Assembly: GCA_011065045.1 (NCBI GenBank)
Contig: JAAKFN010000003.1
Coordinates: 1 to 41,900 of the forward strand
DNA length: 41,900 bases
Reading direction: 5' to 3'
From: Candidatus Anoxychlamydiales bacterium
Lineage (GTDB): Bacteria > Chlamydiota > Chlamydiia > Chlamydiales > SM23-39
Positions 27,129 through 35,827 of the stretch are shown here, piece after piece. The notes under the pieces were generated by a model. The model saw only the letters and a program-made list of their open reading frames with translations. It was not told the origin of the DNA and did no database searches. Numbering within the stretch: position 1 is the stretch's first letter; every line of letters starts with the position of its first letter. The position numbers were made by a program, and so were the translations under genes.

Positions 27129-28485
27129 CTTCAAAAAATTTTATATTTTACTCATCTTCGCAAGCTCTGTTTTTTTTAACTCTATTTTTGCAAATGAAGA
27201 AATAGAAGTATCCCTGTCCACAAAAAACTCGATAAAGCCTCTATACCTATCAAAAATTTTTAACGAAGGCTCTGAATTTGAAAACTCTTATTTAGAAAAT
27301 TTAGCGAAAGTTTTGAAATTTGATTTAAATAATAGTGGTTTTACAAAAGTTTTAAAAAATGAATATCAAAATGATTTTAAAATATCGCATTTCGATACAG
27401 ACATAGCATTTGATCCAGCATTTTGGAACAATAAAAAAATAGCGATTGTTGTTAAATCTCAAGTAATGAAAAAAACTTTAAAAACTTTTGTATACAATGC
27501 AAATAATAATATCTTAAAAACATTTGAATTAGAGCTTTCTGGCAATTTAAACATCGACAGAGCGAAAATCCACTCACTTTGTGATAATATTCAAGAGATT
27601 TTATTTGGACAAAAAGGTATTTTTACATCAAAAATACTATATTCAGTTAGATCAAAAAACGAACTTAACAAAAATCTTAAATGGCAATCTGAGATATGGA
27701 TCTCCGATATCGATGGTGAAAATGCAAAAAAATTAACTAATCAACACAGCTATTTAGTTCATCCAATTTTTATTCCAAATAACAAAAACGAATATCTTTA
27801 TATCTCATATTTAAATGGCCCTCCAAAAATTCATAAAAGCTCAATTACAAATCAAAAAGAGAGTAAGCCTCTTATAAAATTAAGAGGGAATCAACTACTT
27901 CCCGCTATTTCAAAAAATGGAGATAAATTAGCTTTTATAAGTGATGCAGCAGGAGGCCCAGATCTTTTTTTACAACATTTCGATGATAACTTTCTGCCAA
28001 TTGGAAAACCTCTTCAGCTTTTCTCATATCCAAGATCTACCCAAGCATCTCCATCATTTTCACCAGATGGTCAAAAGCTTGCTTTTGTATCTGATAAAGA
28101 CGGAGCTGTTAGAATATATGTAATTGCTATTTCAGATAATGCTTATACAAGAAAAAGACCCGTTGCACATTTAATTACAAGAAAAAACAGAGAAAATGTA
28201 ACTCCTTCTTGGTCAAAAGATGGTAAAAAATTAGCTTTTAGTGCTAAAATTAATAATATCAGGCAAATATGTATATATGACTTTGAAAAAAACGAAGAAT
28301 GGCAACTAACTCATGGAAATAAAAACAAAGAAAATCCTTTTTGGGCAAATGATAATCTACATCTTGTATACAACACCGAAGATATAACTGAAACAGAGCT
28401 ATATTTAATAAATATAAACCAAAAAGAAGCTGTAAAAATTACAAAAAATGAAGGGAAAAAAAGATTTCCTTCTTTTGAACCCTAA
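27121..28485 (+). CDS. tolB: Tol-Pal system beta-propeller protein TolB
   Basis: Signal peptide; PD40 repeats ([38 protein letters not shown]). Confidence 0.95.
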   Translation: MINFKKFYILLIFASSVFFNSIFANEEIEVSLSTKNSIKPLYLSKIFNEGSEFENSYLENLAKVLKFDLNNSGFTKVLKNEYQNDFKISHFDTDIAFDPAFWNNKKIAIVVKSQVMKKTLKTFVYNANNNILKTFELELSGNLNIDRAKIHSLCDNIQEILFGQKGIFTSKILYSVRSKNELNKNLKWQSEIWISDIDGENAKKLTNQHSYLVHPIFIPNNKNEYLYISYLNGPPKIHKSSITNQKESKPLIKLRGNQLLPAISKNGDKLAFISDAAGGPDLFLQHFDDNFLPIGKPLQLFSYPRSTQASPSFSPDGQKLAFVSDKDGAVRIYVIAISDNAYTRKRPVAHLITRKNRENVTPSWSKDGKKLAFSAKINNIRQICIYDFEKNEEWQLTHGNKNKENPFWANDNLHLVYNTEDITETELYLININQKEAVKITKNEGKKRFPSFEP

Positions 28486-28517
28486 AAATTAATATAGGGA
28501 AAACTTAAGGGCAATTT

Positions 28518-29195
28518 ATGAAAAAAATATTTACTTTATTTTTTATCTCTACACTACTTGTTTTAACAAGTTGCGAAAGATCTTCAGATACTTGGGAAAA
28601 TGTAAAAACGGCAAGTAGATACCTAAAAAAGGGAATAAATTCTCTCTGGGGGAAAGACTCTAATTCATACTGGGCACAAAATGAAGAAGATTTTAAAGGA
28701 CCAGATGATGATGATTTTATTCCATTAAATGAAAAAGATTTAAAAGGCGGATTTTCTTCATCAGATAAGAACTTTGCTCAACCAAAAGAAAATTTTGGAG
28801 AAGGCGGAGTTCCTAGTTTTGATAATTTTATAACACCTTCTCATTTAGCATCTATTTTTAAAAAGGTCCATTTTCTAACAGATGATCATGTGCTCAGAGA
28901 TAAAGAAGATTTAATCATCATCCAGAAAATTGCAAATTATATGAAAAAAACCCCAAATGTCTATTTAAATATTGAAGGACATTGCGATGAAAGAGCATCT
29001 GCTGCATATAACATGGCGCTTGGAACTAGAAGATCTAATCATTTAAGAGTTCTTTTAATAAAACACGGTGTAGATTTTAACAAAATTTACACAGTATCAT
29101 ATGGAAGAGAAAAACCTCTAGTAATGGGCCATACTTCGCAAGACTGGCACTTAAATAGACGTGGTGAATTTAAAATATTTGAAAAGCAAAGATAA
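28518..29195 (+). CDS. pal: Peptidoglycan-associated lipoprotein Pal
   Basis: Lipobox LTSC; OmpA-like domain IEGHCDERASAAYNMALGTRR...SYGREKP...NRRGEF. Confidence 0.95.
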   Translation: MKKIFTLFFISTLLVLTSCERSSDTWENVKTASRYLKKGINSLWGKDSNSYWAQNEEDFKGPDDDDFIPLNEKDLKGGFSSSDKNFAQPKENFGEGGVPSFDNFITPSHLASIFKKVHFLTDDHVLRDKEDLIIIQKIANYMKKTPNVYLNIEGHCDERASAAYNMALGTRRSNHLRVLLIKHGVDFNKIYTVSYGREKPLVMGHTSQDWHLNRRGEFKIFEKQR

Positions 29196-29197
29196 TC

Positions 29198-29297
29198 GTC
29201 AATCGCCCCTCCCTAAAGGAAGGGGCTTGAACCGTGAGGATCAGGGGCAACAGGTTGACCAGAAGACAAATAAAAGGAGTTTTTTTTAATGTTTGTA
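29198..29297 (+). mobile_element. Truncated IS200/IS605 IscB-type element end / omega(HEARO)-RNA 5' module
   Basis: GTCAATC pairs with GGTTGAC(CAG), enclosing hairpin GCCCCTCC-CTAAA-GGAAGGGGC and a GNRA hairpin TTGA-A-CC-GTGA-GG-A-TCAG. Matches the recalled GTCAA..CCCC..CTAAAG..GGGGCTTG...GTTGACCAG layout of IscB omega-RNA 5' ends. No iscB ORF follows. Confidence 0.65.
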
Positions 29298-29300
29298 AAC

Positions 29301-29963
29301 ATGAAAACAACAAAATTTTTCTCAATTGCTATTTTAGCAATATCTTTAAGCGCGTGCTCTCCTATGAAATCTTCACCTAAAGAAGAAAAGCACCAGTTAG
29401 AGCTAACATTGCATGAGCTCCAAACAAATCTAGATGATTTAAGACATGACATTAACTGTTTTCATACCGAGATGCAAATAGTTGATGGCAAAGTTAAACA
29501 TCAAGAAGATGCAACTCAAAATTTAAAGCAGCAACATTTAGAAAAACTTCAGTTAAAAATTGAAAATCTTACAAAACTATTTAGTGACATGGAAAATAAA
29601 ATTTCCATATTTGAAACCAAATCACATAGTTTAAACTCCAATTTTTCAAGTTTATCAAATCATGCAAATGAAACAACCCTAGCCCTTACCCAACACAAAG
29701 ACAAAATAAATGAACTTGAAAAGATCATTTTAAAACAAAACACTAGATTAGAAGATATTGCAAAAGTTAAGACCACGCTAGAAGATATTGTAAAAACTAT
29801 AAAATCCAATAGCTCCAACTATCTAATTTATAAAGTTAAAGCTAAAGACTCTTTAGAGAAAATTGCTAAAATTAATAACGTAACTGTGGATTCAATAAAA
29901 CATCTAAATAATTTAGAAAATGATCTTATCGTAGTAGGACAAAAACTTAAAATTCCAAAGTAA
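29301..29963 (+). CDS. Lipoprotein with coiled coil and C-terminal LysM domain
   Basis: Lipobox LSAC; long heptad region; YKVKAKDSLEKIAK...LIVVGQKLKIP LysM. Alternative start at 29289. Confidence 0.9.
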   Translation: MKTTKFFSIAILAISLSACSPMKSSPKEEKHQLELTLHELQTNLDDLRHDINCFHTEMQIVDGKVKHQEDATQNLKQQHLEKLQLKIENLTKLFSDMENKISIFETKSHSLNSNFSSLSNHANETTLALTQHKDKINELEKIILKQNTRLEDIAKVKTTLEDIVKTIKSNSSNYLIYKVKAKDSLEKIAKINNVTVDSIKHLNNLENDLIVVGQKLKIPK

Positions 29964-29973
29964 GAGAAAATAT

Positions 29974-31008
29974 ATGAAAAACATAAAATATTTTTCTATA
30001 TTTTTTTTAGCTGTATTAGCTATGTCAACTGCAAGCGCCAGACATGAAAATTATAAAACTAAACCTAAATGCCCAACACCATGCTCATGTGATATCCCAA
30101 AACCTCCTGAAGCATCCGCTTATAATCAAAGCGCAAGAGTCGGTGTTTGTAAAGCTAAAGATGCTTTTGTAACAGGCTCATTTATATATTGGGAAGCTTT
30201 AGAGCAAGGCTTTTACCTTGTTTTATTAAGAGACAATAGTTCTACTCCGACAAGACAACAAGCTATTAATATCAATTATACATTTGATCCTGGTTTTAAA
30301 GTAGGACTTGGATACAACTTGAAATATGATGATTGGACTACTTATGTAGAATACACGCACTTTCATTCAAAAAATAGCTTTTCAAAGACAAGACCTTCTT
30401 GGGCAACTAGCCAAACAATTTATTGGTTTGAACCCAATACTCTTGCAAACGAATATAGAGCAGATTTAAAAATAGAGTTAGACATTCTAGACTTAGAACT
30501 ATCTCGCTCAGAATATCGAGGAAAAAAGCTTATTTTTAGCCCATTTTGGGGAGTTAAAGGAGGCTTCATAGATCAATCCTTTTCTTTTAGAGCTATATTT
30601 AATTCATCTTCTCTTTCTAACACAATAAAATCTGATTCATGGTTAATAGGCCCTAGAATTGGAGTTTATACAAAATGGCTCCTTGGCAAAGGTTTTTCTC
30701 TAAATGGAAAAGCGGCGGGAAGTTTAAGTTATCAAAAATTTCATAATATGAGCGCATCTTTTCAAAATATGAAAATCGATAATGACTTTGTAGTCTCCCC
30801 TATTGTTGAAATGCTTCTTGGGTTTAAGTGGGAATCTTATTTTGATAAAAATTATTGGCACTTTGATATCTTTGCAGGATATGAACTGCAAGTTTTATGG
30901 AATCAAAACATGATAATTAAAGAAAGAATTTTTGCAGCAAATGTTAATGTAGATTCAGAGCAACTAACCCTACATGGTTTAAACATAACTGCAAAATTTG
31001 ATTTTTAA
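29974..31008 (+). CDS. Legionella-type MOMP-like porin (Lpg1974 family)
   Basis: Signal peptide, Cys-rich N-terminus, GSFIYW, PGFKVGLGY, GPRIG, AGYELQVLWNQN, LTLHGLNITAKFDF terminal beta-strand. Confidence 0.85.
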   Translation: MKNIKYFSIFFLAVLAMSTASARHENYKTKPKCPTPCSCDIPKPPEASAYNQSARVGVCKAKDAFVTGSFIYWEALEQGFYLVLLRDNSSTPTRQQAININYTFDPGFKVGLGYNLKYDDWTTYVEYTHFHSKNSFSKTRPSWATSQTIYWFEPNTLANEYRADLKIELDILDLELSRSEYRGKKLIFSPFWGVKGGFIDQSFSFRAIFNSSSLSNTIKSDSWLIGPRIGVYTKWLLGKGFSLNGKAAGSLSYQKFHNMSASFQNMKIDNDFVVSPIVEMLLGFKWESYFDKNYWHFDIFAGYELQVLWNQNMIIKERIFAANVNVDSEQLTLHGLNITAKFDF

Positions 31009-31046
31009 TGTTTGAAAACACCTAATGCATACTAATAATGCATTCT

Positions 31047-31084
31047 AAAAAACCGAAAAATATCATGTTTTTTGGTTTTTTTTA
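31047..31084 (+). terminator. Intrinsic terminator after the porin gene
   Basis: AAAAAACCGAAAAA-loop-TTTTTTGGTTTTTT hairpin running into a T-tract. Confidence 0.5.
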
Positions 31085-31251
31085 CCTTCTGTGGTAGTTT
31101 TTTTCGCTTCTTCCATATAGACCAAAACTAAATAATAATGTTATGTTTCAAATATTTTATACTATGCTTTCCCCTTAAAAGGAACTCATTCTTGCTGTAA
31201 GCCATTTATCAAGAAAATACTTTAATTTAACCATTTAAACAATTAATTATA

Positions 31252-31280
31252 TTGACTTAAACGATTTCTTACTATATAAT
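31252..31280 (+). promoter_or_regulatory. Near-consensus sigma66/sigma70 promoter
   Basis: TTGACT-N17-TATAAT, 56 nt upstream of the 654-aa ORF. Confidence 0.75.
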
Positions 31281-31336
31281 AACTGTATTAGCAATGTTAT
31301 AAACATATAATACTAAATTAATAGGAAATAATAACA

Positions 31337-33301
31337 ATGAGTGTAAGTGAAACAAAATCAGTGCCTATATCCGATGCCTCTACTAGAGCTATTGACTCAA
31401 ATTTTCACTTGAAATGCTCTTTGGATGAAGATGGTAAAATAAGCAGTTTAGCAATTGATAGAATCCCTTTAATTGGTGATGGCAAAGTTTTAACGGGCAA
31501 AGATCTATCTGAGACTTCAGTCGACTCTCTAAAAAAAGCTCTAGAAGAAGTCTTTAAAGACGATAGTGAAAAATTCCCAAAGAATAAAGAATTTAAAATC
31601 AAATCTTCAGATAAAGATTTGATGGTCTCAACAAAAAATCCAAAACAATTCTATCTTATAACAAAAATTATATATGCTTGTTTTAGAAAATCTCTGCCAA
31701 TTATTAATGAGACAAAAGCCTCTAAAATAACAGATTCTTCTGCTTGCAAAATTTTTAATATTCAAGAAGCGCATCAAAACACTTTAATAGATAACACAGA
31801 AGCACTAATAACTGAAATACCCAAACTAACCTTTAAGCATAATATTGCACAGCTTAAAGCCGAACCAAATGCGAATAAAACTTATGTAAAACTACTTCTC
31901 ACTGCTTTAACAATTGGACTTCTTGCCGGAATTATCGGAGTTGGCGCTATTTTACCTCACTTTGGAATACCTTATCTAACTAGCCTTGCAATTCCAGGCA
32001 TACCTGCCTCTTTAGCCATTCCCCTTATAGGTATTGGCTTAACTACCTTCTCATTATATGCAGCTTTAAAAATAGCTGCTAAAAAATCCGAAAAAGCAAA
32101 GGATTACTTAGATGCTATCGGGCTTTTAAAAAGTAATCTATTTTTAGAGAGTAATTTAAATGATGTTATAAATACTGCACTCTTCATTTTAATGCCGCTT
32201 ACTATGATACATGCTCCATGGTTTGCAACTCTACAAGGATGCTTGGCATATCCAACAGGAGCTCTACTTATAGCTTCTGGTATATATCAATTAGGTGAGT
32301 CTATCACTAGTCTGATAAATAATAGAAAGATTAAAGATAACAAAGAGATGATGGTATCTATGCTTAACATTTTATGCTCAATCTCTGTTATTACCATGGG
32401 TCTTTTAACAGCTGCTGGATTAATAAACTCTCCAATAACTATCGCTGTAATGGGTATTTTCGGAGGTTTAATGGTGAGCGTAAACGCTTATAATCTCAAA
32501 AAATCTTATGATCAATACAAAAAGATAAAAAAGATTGATGAAGGAAACGCAGAAGATATTTTTAACTATTTGAAAAACCGACTATCTTTAAATACAGATG
32601 AAATAAAAAGTCTCAAAGATAAAATTGATAACATGTCAGAAAAAGAAATTATTGATTGGATTACAAAAAACAACAAAAACTTTGAAAAAGAGCAAGCTGA
32701 AATTTTCAAAAAAATAAAAGAAGCGCTAGAAACTGCAAAAGAAATAGATAAAGAAGAGATCTTAAAAGATGCAGGAAAAATAATGCTTATTGAAGAGAGA
32801 AAAAACGCAACCGAATCAAAAATTGAGAGATTAGGATCTCTTATAACAAAAGAGACTCTAATAAAACCACTCGAGAATCTTTATGAAAATACAAAGAGCC
32901 CAAAAGACAATGAAGAAGATTTAATAGCTCTTTTCGCTACTATAAAAAAAGAGATTAAAGCAAAAACAATAGCTGAGGCAATCAAATTCGTAGTTATAAA
33001 CGTTCCTTTAATGGTTATTCCATTTTTAAATATAGCTAAATTGATAAATGTAGCTTTATATGACTATTTGATGGCAGCTGGACTTTTCTCAAATATAGCA
33101 GTAAACATAACACCAAGATATAGAAACATTCCTCCAGCAATGATAAAAAAGGTATTGGATATCAATAATGCGCTAGAAACTGAAGAATATCTTAAATACA
33201 AAAATTCAATATCAAATCCTAGTGAAAAATCAGATGATGAAACATCTGAAAAAATCAAAGACGTCGCTAAAAGCGCTATAAATGAAAAAATGATTGCCTA
33301 A
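31337..33301 (+). CDS. Hypothetical multi-pass membrane protein, Inc/T3SS-substrate-like
   Basis: No Sec signal; Ser/Thr-rich N-terminus; several paired hydrophobic segments and a charged coiled-coil region. Confidence 0.8.
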   Translation: MSVSETKSVPISDASTRAIDSNFHLKCSLDEDGKISSLAIDRIPLIGDGKVLTGKDLSETSVDSLKKALEEVFKDDSEKFPKNKEFKIKSSDKDLMVSTKNPKQFYLITKIIYACFRKSLPIINETKASKITDSSACKIFNIQEAHQNTLIDNTEALITEIPKLTFKHNIAQLKAEPNANKTYVKLLLTALTIGLLAGIIGVGAILPHFGIPYLTSLAIPGIPASLAIPLIGIGLTTFSLYAALKIAAKKSEKAKDYLDAIGLLKSNLFLESNLNDVINTALFILMPLTMIHAPWFATLQGCLAYPTGALLIASGIYQLGESITSLINNRKIKDNKEMMVSMLNILCSISVITMGLLTAAGLINSPITIAVMGIFGGLMVSVNAYNLKKSYDQYKKIKKIDEGNAEDIFNYLKNRLSLNTDEIKSLKDKIDNMSEKEIIDWITKNNKNFEKEQAEIFKKIKEALETAKEIDKEEILKDAGKIMLIEERKNATESKIERLGSLITKETLIKPLENLYENTKSPKDNEEDLIALFATIKKEIKAKTIAEAIKFVVINVPLMVIPFLNIAKLINVALYDYLMAAGLFSNIAVNITPRYRNIPPAMIKKVLDINNALETEEYLKYKNSISNPSEKSDDETSEKIKDVAKSAINEKMIA

Positions 33302-33412
33302 TTTTTTCTGTTATTTTTAAAAATTTAACAATTTCTTAATTTTTTCCTTTTTTTTTAAAAACTTCCAATTTATTCTAATGTATACCGGTGATATAATATC
33401 TTTGAGGAGCAT

Positions 33413-34102
33413 ATGAGTCAAAAAAAACGTATCTTGTTAATAGAAGATGAAGAAAATTCAGCAGCGCTTATAAAATTGCAAGCAGAAAACCTGGACTACC
33501 AACTTCATGTTGAAGTAGATGGTATCAATGGATTTAGAGCTATTGAAAGAGAACAACCCGATCTAGTTATTTTAGATATTTGGTTGCCAGGACAAAATGG
33601 GTTTGATATTGTAAGAAAAATAAAAAATTCATCTGAGCTAAAAAGAACTCCTTTGATTATTCTTTCAGAAAAAAATGAAGAGCTAGATATCGTTTTAGGA
33701 TTAGAGCTCGGCGCTGACGATTATATTACTAAACCATTTTCTGTAAAAATTTTATTTTCAAAAATTAAAGCAATCCTTAGAAGAAAAAAAGAGAGCTCAA
33801 AAATATTGAAAAATATAGTTTTTTCAGATTTTACTTTAGAAGTTGATAAATATATTTTAAGAAAAGGACAAAAAGAGATTCCTCTTACATTGTCTGAGTT
33901 CGGGATATTAAAAAGACTTCTTTCTCATAAAAATCAAGTTTTATCTAGATCTCAACTTTTAGATGATATCAATAACGATGACGCATTTATTGTTGATAGA
34001 AACATAGATGTTCATATAGCTTCGCTTAGAAAAAAACTAGGAACGCATTCTCTTATTGAAACGGTTAGAGGAATCGGTTATCGCTACAAAGAAACTCTCT
34101 AA
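33413..34102 (+). CDS. OmpR/PhoB-family response regulator
   Basis: ILLIEDE, PDLVILDIWLP, LGADDYITKPF, wHTH LTLSEFGIL...RNIDVHIASLRKKL...IETVRGIGY; GAGGAG RBS. Confidence 0.95.
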   Translation: MSQKKRILLIEDEENSAALIKLQAENLDYQLHVEVDGINGFRAIEREQPDLVILDIWLPGQNGFDIVRKIKNSSELKRTPLIILSEKNEELDIVLGLELGADDYITKPFSVKILFSKIKAILRRKKESSKILKNIVFSDFTLEVDKYILRKGQKEIPLTLSEFGILKRLLSHKNQVLSRSQLLDDINNDDAFIVDRNIDVHIASLRKKLGTHSLIETVRGIGYRYKETL

Positions 34103-34209
34103 TTTTAAACTAGACATTTTAATTAATTAGTATTATTCATTATTCTTAAAGTAGCATATAATTTTATGTTAAAATTATGATATTTTATAAGTTTTGGAGG
34201 CGAAAAAAC

Positions 34210-34614
34210 ATGAAAAAAATATATCTCATTTTATCTCTAATTGGATTAATCGTAGTTGGCTGTGAGAGTAAAACTTCCACAGGAGCTACTACAAGATTAG
34301 AATCTAGATCTTCTACTATAGCGAGCTCTAAAGCTACATCAGGAGCTCTTGTTGGAGCTGCTTTAGATGAGCAAGATAGAAAAATCATGGAAAAAACATC
34401 TCCTCGAACAGTTGAAAGAATGGATAGAAAAGAGCCTCTTACTATTAATGATATTATTAAGTTATCTCAAGGTGGAGTGAGTGATGATACAATTATAAGA
34501 TATATTCAAGAGACAAAAACCACATATAACCTATCTCAAGCGCAAATAAACAGACTTCAAGAAGCAGGGGTTTCTCAAAGAGTTATAAATTACATGGTTG
34601 ATACCGGAATCTAA
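34210..34614 (+). CDS. Chlamydial lipoprotein with degenerate glycine-zipper region
   Basis: GGAGG RBS before ATG 34210; lipobox VVGC; GALVGAALDEQDRK...DIIKLSQGGVSDDTII...LQEAGVSQRVINYM. Confidence 0.8.
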   Translation: MKKIYLILSLIGLIVVGCESKTSTGATTRLESRSSTIASSKATSGALVGAALDEQDRKIMEKTSPRTVERMDRKEPLTINDIIKLSQGGVSDDTIIRYIQETKTTYNLSQAQINRLQEAGVSQRVINYMVDTGI

Positions 34615-34719
34615 ATTTGCACATTAAAAAAAAAGATTTTTGGATGTCTTTGATTTTCTCTTTTCAAAATATCAAATTTTTGCAAGCATAACTATATAAA
34701 ACATATTAAAGGTGCAAAA

Positions 34720-35742
34720 TTGAACATTCACTTAGATAGTGAGGTTTATAGATTCAATCAGGTTTTTTTTCAAAAAAAAGCTAATAAAAATTATAATCAA
34801 ACAACCAAGCAATTAAAAAAAATCATCAAATCTTTTTTTATTTTTAATATCAGTTTTTTTTCTCTTTTTTTAGTTGAAATCATATTGTTTGCTCTATTGT
34901 TTTCAGTTTTTAGCTCATCTGTTATCTTAGCCCTTGTATTAGCTAGTATGTTTTTAACAAGTTTTACCTACCTTGTTTTACTTTTTTATTTTCAATCTAA
35001 AAAAACAGAACAGTTAACTAACCTAAAAGATCATTTTATTAAAGTTTGTAAAAGGGCTTTATCGATTCCAATCGGCTCTGCTGAGCATCATTTAACAATA
35101 GCATTAGCTGCTTTGAAGCTCACAGATAATCTAAATGAAAATGAATTATTGAAATTACCAAAAATTGTTTTTAAAATTTTTAAAAAACTTGAATCCTTTT
35201 TAATAAAAGAAGATGTATTTAAATTTAAAGAATCTCTTCTAATTGCAGCTATTTTAGAGCACCTAAATCAGCTAAAAATAACTCCAACAGATCTAGAAGT
35301 ACATACATCTCTGACAAACATCTACACCTCTCTTTTTTCTTTATATAAAAACGCTAGAAATAAAATATTTTTTTCAAAAAATCAAAAAGAGCATTTAGAG
35401 CAAAAATATCTATCTTGCATAAAAATAGCTATTGAAGAATTTAGAGTATTAAATGACTATGCTCCAAACGATCCTTGGATTCATCTGCAGCTTGCTAAAA
35501 ACTACAACAGACTAGATTTAAAAAAAGATGAGCTAAAAGAGTATGAAACCATCTATAAACTCTGCCCAAAAGATAACAATATTTTATTTAAACTCGGCTG
35601 TCTATATTTTGCAACTAAATCAAATTCCAAAGGGCTTAGGGTCTATGAAGAATTAAAAATGAGAGCCTTCAAAGACAGCGATAAACTTTTAGATCTATAT
35701 GAGGTTTACAAAAACTTTGAACTCCTCCAAGAAAACGTATAA
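34720..35742 (+). CDS. Conserved chlamydial membrane protein with C-terminal TPR
   Basis: TTG start; ~50-aa bilobed hydrophobic segment; PTDLEVHTSL, APNDPWIHLQLA, LFKLGCLYF TPR-like helices. Confidence 0.8.
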   Translation: MNIHLDSEVYRFNQVFFQKKANKNYNQTTKQLKKIIKSFFIFNISFFSLFLVEIILFALLFSVFSSSVILALVLASMFLTSFTYLVLLFYFQSKKTEQLTNLKDHFIKVCKRALSIPIGSAEHHLTIALAALKLTDNLNENELLKLPKIVFKIFKKLESFLIKEDVFKFKESLLIAAILEHLNQLKITPTDLEVHTSLTNIYTSLFSLYKNARNKIFFSKNQKEHLEQKYLSCIKIAIEEFRVLNDYAPNDPWIHLQLAKNYNRLDLKKDELKEYETIYKLCPKDNNILFKLGCLYFATKSNSKGLRVYEELKMRAFKDSDKLLDLYEVYKNFELLQENV

Positions 35743-35827
35743 AAAAAATTTACTTAATCAAAAAATACATTATCTTTGATTATTTTCTTCTTAAAAGTAT
35801 AATTAGATCAAAAAAGGAAAGAACACT

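Noticed and set aside
29213-29452. 79-aa minus-strand ORF across the pal-LysM spacer; also an SRP RNA reading of this spacer
   Set aside because: The ORF is antisense to the LysM gene. The spacer lacks the SRP domain IV CAGG-GGAA-GCAG arrangement and fits an IscB-type end better.
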